Below, one piece after another: positions 39,943 through 61,429 of a stretch of 64,000 nucleotides of DNA (positions are counted from its first letter, which is position 1; the number at the start of each line of letters is the position of its first letter). The stretch is taken from contig NC_058381.1 of the NCBI RefSeq assembly GCF_018350175.1, positions 40,176,001-40,240,000 on the forward strand, given 5' to 3'. Position numbers and translations under genes: made by a program. Below the pieces are notes generated by a model that saw only the letters and a program-made list of their open reading frames with translations, had not been told where the DNA came from and did not search any database. The stretch is from Felis catus. Taxonomy: Eukaryota.

Positions 39943-40321
39943 TCCTCATGTGTGATGATGACGACAGAGTACTTGCCAACAATTTAAAAGCCACATGGGA
40001 GGTAGAGCACATTTATTTACAAAATTAAGGTTTAACTCTAAGGATTGAGATTTGTTTTGAAAGAACATGACAGAATTTGCAGATCCAAAAAGCTTTGCCT
40101 CTGGCCAGAATCTTCCTTTGTTCTAATGATGGCCTCTCTGTTCAAATCATGTTTGGAGCTTTATGTTTTGGCAATGTATGTATCTTTTTAACATCCAGTT
40201 TGTTGATAGCAAACCTTTGTCTTTTAAGGATGGATCTGATTTTTTGGAAGCCATTGAACAAAAAACCTTGTGAAAAAGATAAACAATCAACTTAGATAAT
40301 TAAAACAACAATAACAACACC

Positions 40322-40540
40322 AGGGCACCTAGATGACCCAGTCTATTAAGTGTCCGACTCTTAATTTCAGTTCAGGTCATGATCTTATGATTCGTGGGAT
40401 AGAGCCCCACATAGGGCTCTGCACTGACAGTGCAGAACCTCCTTGGGATTCTCTCTCTCCCTCTCTTTCTGCCCCTCCCCTGCTTATGCTCTCTATCTCT
40501 CTATCTCTCTCAAAAATAAATGAATAAAGCTTTAAAAAGG
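40322..40540 (+). mobile_element. CAN-SINE (older)
   Basis: Diverged SINE head, CT tract and A tail. Confidence 0.8.
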
Positions 40541-40584
40541 AAAAAATCTCCATATGTGTCTTATAATTGATTCAAAAGCAAACT

Positions 40585-40622
40585 TTTTGGGTTTTTTTAG
40601 AGAATGCACAAGGTGAAGGAAG

Positions 40623-40662
<40 letters not shown>

Positions 40663-40784
40663 CCCAAGCAGGCTCCATGCTCAGTGCATAGCCCAACATG
40701 GGGCTTGATCCGTGACCCTGGGATCATGAATTAAGCCAAAAGCAAGAGTCAGAAGCTCAACTGACTGAGCCACCCAGCTGTCCT
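40585..40784 (-). mobile_element. CAN-SINE with expanded (GA)n
   Basis: Reverse-complement SINE; (AG)n at about 40626-40660. Confidence 0.8.
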
Positions 40785-41114
40785 CAAAAGTTAATTCTTA
40801 AAGAGACTTGCCAAAATTAAGTTGGAATCTTTATGTAGGGAACAATTTTGAAGAATATCATTGACCTGGGTGTATTCATTCTGCTCTGATTTTTAAATCA
40901 TTTTTCATACTCTATAGTGGTGTCATGTGCACCTATAAATAGAACCTGGTTCAAATATCATAAATGCTAATAACCAACTGTGATTTGAGCAAGTTTCCAA
41001 AGTTCAATTTCCTCATCTGTTAAAATGGGTTTAATTTGAAGCATTTTATAAAGATTAAGATTAGTTCGTAGTGTTTTGCCTAACCCATAGCTGATATTCA
41101 AAAGATGTTCACCA

Positions 41115-43232
41115 TATTAGTTCCTTATTGCTACCATCACAAATCACCACAAATTTACTGGCTTAAACCAATACAAATATATTATCTTAAACTTCTATAG
41201 GTCAAAAGCCTAACATAGGTCTAAAATCAAAGTCTTACTCTCACTGGGAGTAAAACAAATTTTTTTTAATTACAGTAACATCAACAAGAATAAAATACTT
41301 AGGAATAAATGTAACCAAGGAGGCAAAAGACTTGTATGCTGAAAACTGCAAAACATTANNNNNNNNNNNNNNNNNNNNNNNNNNNNNNNNNNNNNNNNNN
41401 NNNNNNNNNNNNNNNNNNNNNNNNNNNNNNNNNNNNNNNNNNNNNNNNNNNNNNNNNNNNNNNNNNNNNNNNNNNNNNNNNNNNNNNNNNNNNNNNNNNN
41501 NNNNNNNNNNNNNNNNNNNNNNNNNNNNNNNNNNNNNNNNNNNNNNNNNNNNNNNNNNNNNNNNNNNNNNNNNNNNNNNNNNNNNNNNNNNNNNNNNNNN
41601 NNNNNNNCAAAAGCACAGATAACCAAAGAAAAAGTAGGTAAAATAAACTCCAGAAAATTTAAAAGCTTTTAAATTTCACTATCAAGAGAATGAAAAGGCA
41701 ATCCACAGAATGGAAGAAAATACCTGCAAATTATATTACTAATAAGGAATTAATATCCAGAATGCATAAAAAGCTCCTACAACTCAACAACAACAAAACT
41801 AAATGACCCAATTAAAAAANNNNNNNNNNNNNNNNNNNNNNNNNNNNNNNNNNNNNNNNNNNNNNNNNNNNNNNNNNNNNNNNNNNNNNNNNNNNNNNNN
41901 NNNNNNNNNNNNNNNNNNNNNNNNNNNNNNNNNNNNNNNNNNNNNNNNNNNNNNNNNNNNNNNNNNNNNNNNNNNNNNNNNNNNNNNNNNNNNNNNNNNN
42001 NNNNNNNNNNNNNNNNNNNNNNNNNNNNNNNNNNNNNNNNNNNNNNNNNNNNNNNNNNNNNNNNNNNNNNNNNGGCATGGCCTCAAACAATTGAACATAG
42101 AATTGCCATATGATCCAGGAATTCCACTTCTAGGTGCATACATAAAAGAAACNNNNNNNNNNNNNNNNNNNNNNNNNNNNNNNNNNNNNNNNNNNNNNNN
42201 NNNNNNNNNNNNNNNNNNNNNNNNNNNNNNNNNNNNNNNNNNNNNNNNNNNNNNNNNNNNNNNNNNNNNNNNNNNNNNNNNNNNTATACATACATGTATA
42301 TGTATATGTGTACATATACATATACACACCAGTGTTCACAGCAGCATTAGTTACAATAGCCAAAATACGCATCCATGGATGAATGGGCAAGCAAAATGTG
42401 ATACATACAATTGGATATTATCTAACCTTTAAAAAGAACAAAATTCTGATACATGCTACAACATGTATCAGCCTTGAAAACATTATACCAAGTGAGATAA
42501 ATCAGACACACACACAAAAGAATGAATGCTGTATGATTCCACTTATATGAGGTACCTAGAATAGTTAGATTCATACAGACAGAAAGGGGAATAGAGGTTA
42601 CTAGGGGCTTGAGGTGGAGGGGTTAGAGAGTTTGATGGGGACAGAGTTTCAGTCGGGAAGATGAAAAAGTTCTGGAGATGGATAGGGCTGATTGATGGAC
42701 AATAATGTGGATGTACTTAATGTCCCTGAATTAAATGCTAAAACAGATAGGTAAAATGGTCAATTTTATGTTATATATACGTATTTTATCCACAATGAAA
42801 AAAAAAATCAAGATGTTGGCAGGGCTAGGTTCCTTTCCGGAGGTTCCAAGGAAGGATCCTTTTCCTTTTCTTTTCCAGCATCTAGGAGCTACCTAATTCC
42901 CTTGGCCCATGGTCCCCTTTCTCCATCTTCAGAGCCTGCAGTGAAGGGTCCAGTCCTTGTATCACATGGCTCTGACATGTGTCCTCAGTCATATCTCCCT
43001 CTCCCTCTCACTGTCTTCTGCCTCCTGCTTCTACTTTAAAGGACTCCTGTGATTACATTGGGCCCACTGGATAATCCAGCGTAATCTCTCCATTTTAAGG
43101 TCAGCTGATTAACAGCTTTAGTTCTACCTGCACCTTTAATCTCCCTCTGGAGGCTACCTAACATACTCCCAGGTTCCAGGAAGCAACATGGGCATCTTTG
43201 CAGAGAAAGGCGGCAGTCATTCCTCCCGCAGC
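41115..43232 (+). mobile_element. MaLR LTR (MLT1C/D-like) split by an L1 insertion
   Basis: LTR 5' part 41115-41232 (tattagttcc...cacaaatttactggcttaaac) resumes at ~42812 (gatgttggcagggct...gattacattgggcccactggataatccag). Confidence 0.7.
41233..42803 (+). mobile_element. 5'-truncated L1 inserted in the MLT1 LTR
   Basis: ORF2-end and 3' UTR hallmarks (aaaatacttaggaataaat, ccatatgatccaggaattccacttctagg, ccacttatatgaggtacctagaatag); TSD aaaatcaa at 41223-41230 and 42804-42811; partly masked. Confidence 0.82.
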
Positions 43233-43887
43233 AGCTAGTAGCATTACTTTTCCATTATTGTAAAATAATATATGTACACAGGATGCGGAATAAAGGAGCA
43301 AGCAAAATCAGGGAGGGCCTCTGAACTGAGGTTGACCTTGGATTTGGAGGAAATCCAAGGTAGGGGACCACATCAGGGACGGGATTCCAGGTCAGAGGCT
43401 TCTCACAAACCAGAAGCAAGGTGTGCAAGTCTGAATCCACCCTGGAATTTGCGCTTTAAAAATAAGAGTCAAGGGGACAATTGTGGTAGAAACAATAAAT
43501 AGTTCCTTTGTCAAATATATATGTAATTTCAATCCACTTGGTTATTCCAGTACACAAGATTGTGTTTCACCAAAGTGGGGCCCAATATCTGCCTCAGAAA
43601 GCCTGGTGTGATGGGAAGGTTCGTGGGAAAAGATAGAAACCTGAGCGGTCTCTGATCCTTTCATGTCAAAATGGTCCTCTGGGGTTCTAGCGAGTCAGTG
43701 TTTAGCATTTCCATGGCTCTTCTTTCAAGTTAAAGATTCAAGTTCAAGCCTTTCTTGATGAACACTGATGTCACTTCCAGTACTCGGAGTTTTGTTTGCA
43801 GCACGAGCCTGCGTGTTCGGTGTTTGGGGATAATGCCTTATAATAGCACTACTTAGGGACTAGTTTTATCCCTTTAAACAAGTTGTT

Positions 43888-44100
43888 GGGGCGCCTGGGT
43901 GGCTCAGTTGGTTAAGCGTCTGACTTCAGCTCAGGTCATGATCTCGTGGTTCGTGAGTTTGAGCCCAAGTCTGGCTCTGTGTTGACAGCTCAGAGCCTGG
44001 AGTCTGCTTCAGATTCTGTGTCTCCCTCTCTCTCTCTGCACCTCTCCTGCTCATGCTCTCTCTCTCTCTCTCTAAAAATGAATAAATGTTTTTTTAAAAA
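43888..44100 (+). mobile_element. CAN-SINE (SINEC_Fc)
   Basis: Full SINE body. Confidence 0.9.
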
Positions 44101-44797
44101 TGTCTTTCTCCGTATGTCTCTCCCTTCCCCACCATCGAGGGTGTGTACAGGGTAAGTATTCAACAGGTGCTGGATTGAGAAAGGCAGAAGTCTCAGATGA
44201 AGAGTGAGGAGGTCTCTAAGCCCCAGAGCTGGGAGGGGAAGTGAGCTGCTGAGCCCAGGCTGATAATGACCCACCTATGCAGGAGGGGGATGTCCTGAAC
44301 ACGGCAGGCAGGCAGGCAGGCAGGCCAGAGCATTCCTTTGCTGGGTGTCCCTGAGGCTGCTTGGAACGCTCCAGCCACCAGCCCCCAGATCATACAGCAC
44401 TGGACCTGAAACCTCCTGCTGAGAAAAGATGAACTTTCCAGAGCCTCTTTCTAGCCCCCACTCCTGCCTCTGCACTTCGGATTTAGATGCAATCAGCTCT
44501 GGGAGACATCCAGGTCTCGAGAGGAGAGTGGGGAACATCCAAGAATGGTCAGGGGGAGGTGGGGGCCACCTCATGGCAGCTGCCCTGCCCTCCCTCCTGC
44601 CAGTCTGCCTCACCCAGGCGTCCAGGGCGCCGGGCCAGCCGTCTGCCCGCCAGGCAGAGAACGGCTCTGGTATCCAAGAGTCAGGCCATTATGTAGCCTG
44701 ACTTTCAAGTGGCTTTTTATAGAGTGCTCAAGTGATGGGCGCGGTGAAACAAATGAATACCAATGAGAAAGGTGTCTGCTTTGCCAGGGAAATCAAG

Positions 44798-44803
44798 TTT
44801 ATT
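44798..44803 (-). terminator. Polyadenylation signal of KRT31
   Basis: AATAAA on the minus strand ~255 nt after the stop; paralogous context. Confidence 0.7.
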
Positions 44804-45058
44804 AGCAGGTTACAAGGGAAGGCCCTGGCACTTGCGAGGATTCTCCGGGCAAGTGAAGAAAGAACACACCTCCATGAAGGAAAGGGTGGGCAAGGAATGG
44901 TCTGCAGTAGGTGGGGTGAGTTTCGTGGCTGCCTTACTGGGGCAGCTCCAGCCACGCAAACTGTGTTTTCTGCCCTTTTTTCTCGAATGAACCAGTGCCG
45001 GGTCAAAGCTCTGGAACCGTGGGCCCGGCCTCCTTGCTCCTCTGGTAGCCCCTGGGCT

Positions 45059-48473
<3,415 letters not shown>

Positions 48474-48557
48474 GGTGCTGGAGGGAGCGAGACACCTGGC
48501 TGAACACAGAGTCCAAGTTCTCCAGGGAGCTTGTGGATTTCCTTCCTCTGGGAAGCA

Positions 48558-48781
48558 CTTATATTCCCTCCGCAGAGGGTGTGGACGTGGTATGTAATGT
48601 CTTTTTTCTTTCTATGTCTTCACTGGTTTTCAAATGCCCTTCCCTCAGTCAGTCTGTTATTTGCCTTCCTCAGAAGAGTCCCTTATCCCATAAAATTCTT
48701 TACTTGGGCTTCTTGCTAAGTCAGGACTCCTCTTCAGGAGGTATACCCATAAAGTCAGAGTTTTGTGGTAGATCTTGAAAG
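48558..48781 (-). promoter_or_regulatory. KRT31 proximal promoter
   Basis: TATAAG 48558-48563; CCCATAAAA 48687-48695; 18-mer 48715-48732; variant CTTTCAAG 48774-48781 at the LEF1 position. Confidence 0.7.
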
Positions 48782-51700
48782 AGGCCACACAGTCTGGTGC
48801 AGGTATCTGCCCTTGTTAATAGGGAGTTGGTCCATCCAATGACATTCCTCTGTCTCGTGTGATCCTGTAAACCCATATTCAGACTCATTTCCTGGCCCAC
48901 CTGGCATTTCTAGGGAGGGACTGGGATTGAGTCAAAGCAGAAGTTGCAGTGAACTCCCTTTCTATCTGCTTTCAGAGAAGAATTCTTCTATGCTGCAGCA
49001 TCCCAAGCCTTGGAAGCCTTGGGGTGGACAAGGACTGAGTCCGGTCATGGCTGAAAAGAATGGGCAGCTTTTTGGGGAATGCCTCCTATATATCATGTGC
49101 AGGGACTGTAGAGGAATTTTTAAAGGAAGAGGCTCTGACAATTAGCTTAAGAACAGGGAAGGCTCTGGAGGAAGAGATCATTTGGAAGGAGGGCTGAGAG
49201 ACGCATATACGTGTATTTAAACTACCCAGAAAAAGCATCTCAGGCAGATGTGGACAGGAAAAAGGCATTTCTTATGACACCTTACCATCGAAATGTCCAT
49301 TGTATTAGACTAAGGTGAGCAGATAATCGAGAAAGTCAAGAGAGCACCCGAAGGAGCCTCCTCAAGCATGAAAACTTTGAAGTTCATCTTAAAACCTCAT
49401 GTGAATAGGCCCTATATTCCATCGTATACCTATGTGGGCTTTAACATTAAAAAAAAAAAACAACAGTTTTACAATTTCCAGTTAAACTTTCTAAGGTTTG
49501 GCCCCATCCTCTGAGCAAAATCAACATACACCCATCCTGTCCTGGGCTCCCATCTCTGGCCTTACTGGGTTACACGCAATCTGGTTTGAGAACCAAGCAT
49601 TAAAAGGTACCAAGGAGGGCTCCGTGGTGGTGTCATTGAGTCCACAGACTTGGGCACCAAGACAGAAACTGCTCAGGCATAGAAGAAGGAGAAGATTTGG
49701 CAAAGCAAGTTTGGAGTCATGCAAGGTTGATTTGGGAGCTGAGGGAAGGCACCAGAAGGTCTGAGGAAGGGGGTGGCCAAAGTTCTGACTATATAAAGGT
49801 TGCGTAATTATAGGCACCATGGGGGTACCACCCGCATCTTGGGTAGCAGCATCTCAACTTCCACTGTGGCTTTGGCTGCCAGCCAGAGTGGCAGTTTTAT
49901 TGACAGGTTATTGGAGTCCTTCCCCCCAGCAAGCTTTCATGATGAGATTCATGTGGCATGGCGCTTGGGTCTCAGATAAAAGGTCCTTCATCTACCCCCT
50001 CCAAGGTCATTATTTTGCCGCTTATTATAATGCTATTCTGACGGAAAGTCCCACCACACTACAAAGAAGCCCCGGACTTATAATAAAACCAAAATTTCTT
50101 TGTTTTCCTCCAAGGCAATTAAAGGGGCAGAAATAGGTGGGTCCTGAGGCAGGCATTACAGAGACTTTCCAGAGGCAGGACGCAAGTCTAGGTGTAAGGA
50201 GCTCCTCTCTCGCCTCGGCTGGGCTTGGGACAGATGGAAACGCCTATCAATCAGACTGATGAACATTTACCCATAGGGCACAGCACAGGCCTCCTGCTTC
50301 CTGACTCTTGTCAGCCTGCTCCAGAGCCCTGGCTTTCCAGCCTGAAGCTGTTCCCCAATCCTGCCTCCCTCCCTATCCACGGAGACTTGCGCCTGAGCAC
50401 AGGCCAATGGCAGCACCTCTTCAAGCTTTTTGGTCGCATCCATTGATTGACCAGTGCAGCCTCATGGGGGCTTTAGTCCAAGAAGAGGGTTTAGCTTGTA
50501 AGTACGAGAAGATTCAAGAATTGGGTCGACAACAACAACAACAACAAAAACACCGAAACTAGAATTTGCATGGAGTGCCAAGAGATCAGAGGAATGGAAA
50601 CTGAGAGCACAATGTTGACTAAGAGATAAGAACACACAGAAGAGGCAAGGAGAAAACCACAAGAATCCTCGGAACCACACGGGCTCATGCTGCTCAGACA
50701 AAGCTAGCCCACCTTCCAGTGAGTGATCCCGGAGAGTACAAAGCTGAGAAGTAGCCAATGCAACCCAAATCTACGGTCAGAAGACTGGCCCACCTTGCCG
50801 GGTGTCCTGCATGATATAAATCGAGATGATTCAGGAAAGATCTACAGACACGGGACCACAGCCTCTGAGGCCTCCAAAAGCAGTGACACTTTCCAAGGTG
50901 CCCAGACCAGGGCATCACCTCCATGATGCAGTCTGAGATTTGTTTGTGGCTGAGAAATACAGCGTTGCCTATACCAGGCAGCATAAGGTCAAAAGGGGAC
51001 AACGTTACCTGTTCCTGAATGAGTACGGAGTGTGGACAGGAGAAACAGAGAAAGGAGCAGAGGAGATTATACCTGTACTGGCTTCGGGTCACGGCCAATC
51101 GGCAGCCACACAGAGACGCGGGAAAGTACAGGTTACAAGCGGAGATTCCTTTTTTCCCCTGCTGGTTGCCCCACAGGTGAAATGGCCGGGGCCACAGATG
51201 GAGTGACAGGTGAGTGGACACAATGTTGCCGTCCCTTGTAAATCTAGCCTCTGTCTTGCAGTGTTTTCAAAATATCAGTAGGCTTGGGTGAATTTGCTTT
51301 TTGAACTAGTGGGGAAAGGGGACGTGGGCGTTGTAAGGTCGTCAAGACTTCACACAGGTTGGGAGCAGACTTCGTGTACTGTCTTGATTTCCTAATGGAA
51401 ATATCCGCAAATTGTATTCGTTCAAAGAGAAATTGAGTGGTCAAGGGACTATCAACCCCACTTTCTTTATTTAGATAAATGTTATTCAAAACATTTATTG
51501 CGCGGCTTCTCTGTGCTGGGCACGGGGCTACCTTGAAACAGAAGAATCATAGCTCTGGTAAAGGATTGTGTTTTTGTGAGCAATTCAGGCTAATATGGGT
51601 CCCCCCAAAATATATCAAAAGCAACAAGAAAGTAAGGAGGTGAGATATTTAAGAGGTGTGAGATGGATGTATCTGGAAATATGTGTGTATTTAACGTAAC

Positions 51701-53314
51701 TAAGAGACTGCATATACAACATCAAGGGCGGCTGTCATTTACTGAACATCTGCCAAGTGCCGGGCACAGCCCCAGAACTGAGGATGGGGACGCGGGGACA
51801 GTGGGGAGATGACACGGTACCGTCCTCTGTGAGCCCTCGGTCCTGCGGAGCGGACAGGCAGGCCCACAACGAACTTTAATGTAGGAGATATAATTGGGCC
51901 CTTTCCTCCAAGAGTTTCTTCCTTCTCCCTCCAGTTCTTCCCATACCTGTTCCTGCCCCAACCTCCAGTTGGGCCATTTGGACCATTTTCTGATTCTCTG
52001 CCCCAAGAGGAGGAATGAGGCCATTTCAGGTTATTTATCTGTATCCCGAAGGAGACTTGGTAGTGAGGCGACTCAGAAGTAGAATTCAAACAAGTGGCCT
52101 CAATCGAACCCTAATCCCTTTAAGACCCTTTCTTCCACTGGGCCTGGTCATTAGGGTTTTTTTGATATGTGGTTCTTGTTGCTTGGGAGACCACAGTTGA
52201 GTGGTATGCCTGCCCCCACAGAGGCTCCATGACTTTGGGGTGAGTTTCCAAGCAGATGGAAGTGGTTTCCGAGGACACAGAAAGAAGAGAGGCAATGCTA
52301 AAGCAAGCAAGTGAAAGAGGAAGTGTCAAAGGGCCTGAGATTCATGGAGGGAAATGGAGGTGATGTGTGAACCTACTGGTGAGCACAACACAAGTCTGCC
52401 ACCCAGGGGACGAGAGGCATCTACTGCAGGGCACAGGCATCTCGGCGGGGGACCTTTGGGGGCCCGTGTGGATGACCGAGGCATGTGTTTGGGATCCGGC
52501 AACCAGGCAGGGATAAGGGAGAGGGAAGCAAGAGACTTTCGGTACAAAATCCAGCATAAAGGGGGAGCCTGGGCTGGAGAAGGCCCGGGGACAGCCGAAG
52601 CCCAGAAGCACTCTGTCTGAAATGGGGTTGGGTGAGGACGCTGTAGGATGGGAGTAAACACCAAGAAAATTCTCCCTGGGGAAACTCCCAGGTCCTGTAA
52701 GATCCCTGTGACCCACCTCACCCCAACATCAGACAGCGGGTCCGAACGGGCAGTTTTATGCAGATGTACCACTAGCAAAGCCCTTCGCAGTTGGGTGCAG
52801 GGCCAGGTGGTGGGCTTGAGGGAGAGACCACCTGTGAGACGCCTTGGCTCATTTCCCTCCCTAACCCCGAACTTCTCTCCCTGCAAAATGGGGACTGTGG
52901 AGCCTGCTCTGCATCTCCCTGGAGTCTGGGGGATTTCAAATTGGACAGCCTGGGTGAAAGTGACCTTTAATGGTGGTAAAGCAACAGACGTACAAGCAAG
53001 TTTGCCTGTTTCTCTTCTCTTCTTCCCCAGTAGACAGAGTGTTTTTAGCAATGGCAGGGGGTGAGTTGACCTTCTTTAGTGATTCCCAGTCATTACAATT
53101 GCCAGGGTTCTCAGGCTATTTTGAAATGCGCTGCCCCTTTTATCTCTTGCACGGCCCTTTGCGGCAGAAATTCTCAACAGTGGCTCCTCTAGCGTAAACA
53201 CTCTCTCGTTTCCCTCAAGGAAAAGGAATCGAGACAATGGGGTGATTATGGTTCTGTCATCCTGCAGACACAACCCAACCAGAAACTTGGCTTCCGTGAA
53301 GCACAGGGGTTAGC

Positions 53315-53450
53315 AGCACAATTGCTGGAGGTAGACTGCTTGGATCTGAATCCTGGCTTCACCGCCTACCAGCTGTGTGACCCTGGGTGTGTTACTTACC
53401 CTCTCTGAGCCATGGTTTGTCACTCCAAAATGGGGATTATATGAGTCTAT
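53315..53450 (-). mobile_element. MIR
   Basis: ggatctgaatcctggcttcaccgcctaccagctgtgtgaccctgg..ttacttaccctctctgagcc. Confidence 0.7.
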
Positions 53451-54953
53451 ATGCTCACATGTATCTGTAACTTAGATCGGTGTGCGGCTCATGGAAAGAG
53501 CTGGATGAATGTGAGCTTCAGTGCTGGTGGTGGTGGTGATGGTGGTAACGAGGGACTGTTTGGTCTCCAGGGAAGCTCTTCACACTTCCCCAAGCATAGT
53601 GATCCCTCCACCCAGTATTTGTTCCCAGGAACCCAAACCACTTCACACACACATACACACCACATACACACACACACCAACAATGTCTCATCAAAGCTCA
53701 TCTTTTAATTATAAATGACAGGGATGTGAACTTAACAAACACAGGTCAATTACCTGGGGCATCACTGACTCATTTCATGTCACCTGACGAATCCCTCAAC
53801 CACTCAGTCCCTCAATGACTCACCTCCTCTCCCTCTCCTTAAAAGGGAAGAACAATGCTTACCTACCCTGTCTTGATGCAGGAATAAGTGGGTTTATTTT
53901 GTTAGACAGCTTTGAACTTATTGGATGAAAGGAGCTATTTAAGTACAAAGGAAGTGGTGAAGGCATTTGGGCCAGGTGCTAAATTAAGACGTATCAAGAC
54001 TGCTTTTTTTTCTTATTGGGACCTACCCTCAGAGATGTGTCACCTGTATGCTGTACAACTTGGGAGAAAGAGCAGAGGCCCAGTAGAGGGGAAGGGAGGA
54101 AAGGGTGTGACCACCTCTGACCCTTCCAGATTCCCTATGATGGAAGTCCTGATGCCTCCCAGGCAAATCAGTCCTGTCCACATAGACAGTGGCCAACAGG
54201 TAGGATTCTGGACTTGACAGCAGTTGGAGGCACACCAACCAGCCCCTGGCTTAAGATCTCTCGGCCCTTGGGGCTGGGGACTGTGGTCCCTTCTGCACTG
54301 AGATGGGCTGGACTTTGTAAATTTCTCAACAGGCTACTCTGATGCAAATTGTTCAGGCAGCAGAGGGAAGATAAGAACCAGCTCCACTTTAACATCTATA
54401 ATCTCACTGATGAATAAGACCTAGACCGCAGGAAGTCATAGAATTTGGGGCTAGAAGACCCTCTGCAACCATCTCATCCAGCCCCATCAGATACCTGAGT
54501 AACCTCTCAATGTCCCCACAAGGTGGCTGTAAGGGCCCTGTTTGAATGCCTCCAGTGATGGGGAGCTCACTGCTTCCCAACTTTGGCCAGCTCTGACACT
54601 GCTTTCTGGAGACACGCTGTTCCCGGCCATGGCTGCCTAAACATGGAGCTTCTGGTTCATGTGTCTACTGCCCAGAAGACCCAAGCCAGGCAGCTGCCCA
54701 AGGGCTTTCTGGTGGAAAGCCTGTGGGGGAGCTTGGATGGGTCAGTTTGGCCTTTTCTCAACTGATAGCCTAACAGGCTCAGAAATTGCCATCATTTAAC
54801 ACATTCAGCATTTCACAGCATGGAGGGGAAAGTCACGATCTTGATCGGATGAAGCCTTCCTCACACATGGGCTCTATCAGGAGCCTGTAGCCAACTCCTC
54901 CTGGGATATACCTGGCCTGTAAGGGGCTCAGTCCCAAAATAAACCCCCTAACC

Positions 54954-55104
54954 CAGTGGTTCTCAAATTTGAGTGTACATAGAATCATCTGGAAGGCTCA
55001 ACAAACTGGACTGCTTATTCAGAAAGTCTGAGGTGGGGTCCAAAAATTTGCCTTTCCTAAAAGTCCCCAAGTAAACTGGGGGACTCCACTCTTAGATCCG
55101 CCAC
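54954..55104 (+). mobile_element. MER5A-like fragment
   Basis: cagtggttctcaaatttgagtgtacatagaatcatctgga...gtctgaggtggggtcc. Confidence 0.7.
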
Positions 55105-55674
55105 CCTAAATGCCCTCGTGTTTAATCTTTTTCCTTTCAAAGCTTTCAGAGTGCAGGGTTTGGGCCTAATTCAAAGAAACCAGAGTTCAAGTCTTGAGTC
55201 AGCCACCCGCCGCTCCCCTCTTTGCAGGGTTTGTGTGGGACACTGCATCCCAAGATCCATAAAGCCTCGCCAAGGGCATGCTCCCCATGGGCATGTGAGC
55301 ACAAAAGCTAACTTTAAATGGAGTCTTCTAGGGGGTCTGGGCAGAACCTCGAACCTGAGCTTTTCCTTTGCACAAGGACCAGAGGCTTCATCCTGACAAG
55401 AGGTGGAGGGCGAGGGGCGATATCTGTTGTGTGTATTTTAAAGGTCTGTGAATCAGGCTTTAGCTACCCAGATACAGCTGGGTGTCTCTCAACTGTGCCA
55501 TTCTGCCGCAGTCCTGTTTTCAACTGCGGTCCTTGCTGGCTTTGCCATCTCCCAGAAGCCCTCCGGTGAGGGAGCCCCAGCCCCTGCTTCCATCAGCGGG
55601 CTCCAGGACACCTCTTGGCACGGCATGGAGACCTTGGCCACAGGCCCTGGGCTCTTCATGCTGCGGAACTGAAG

Positions 55675-55680
55675 TTTATT
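55675..55680 (-). terminator. Polyadenylation signal of the KRT41-like gene
   Basis: AATAAA on the minus strand ~270 nt after the stop; same agtttattag context. Confidence 0.68.
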
Positions 55681-55949
55681 AGCAAAAAGTTTCCCTACCA
55701 CATCTCAGACTGTGAGGCCACAGAAGAGAGGAGAGAGGAAGCACAAATCCAGGGGCGAGGGCTGAGCCGCCGGACCGGACAGCCCATCAGCAGAGAAGCG
55801 CTGCCTGGCGTCGTCAGTCTGCAGCCGGGCCAGGCTGAGGGGGCAAGACCCGGGAGGGTAGGGGCTGGGGGAGGGGGCAGGCCCGCAGAAGGGGGCCGGC
55901 GGGGCTGCAGACATTCCCCATCCCCCGATCCCTCAAGCTGAGGGGAACG

Positions 55950-61295
<5,346 letters not shown>

Positions 61296-61429
61296 TTATA
61301 TAGGCTTGTAGTGGGTGTTGGTGCAAGAAAATAGGCATTTTCCTCATTAATATTTATATTGATTCTCATACAATCACTCTATTAGTCAGTGATTTTGTCT
61401 CTCATAAAGAGTTAATGAGCTCATGAAAG
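61296..61429 (-). promoter_or_regulatory. KRT41-like proximal promoter
   Basis: TATATAA 61296-61302, about 75 nt upstream of the ATG; CTCATAAAG 61401-61409 (HOX13-like); CTTTCATG 61422-61429 (degenerate LEF-like). Confidence 0.55.

Noticed and set aside
50694-53051. 175-aa (50694-51221) and 241-aa (52326-53051) minus-strand ORFs
   Set aside because: No recognisable domain, no supporting promoter or splice structure, and a composition typical of random ORFs in GC-rich intergenic DNA.
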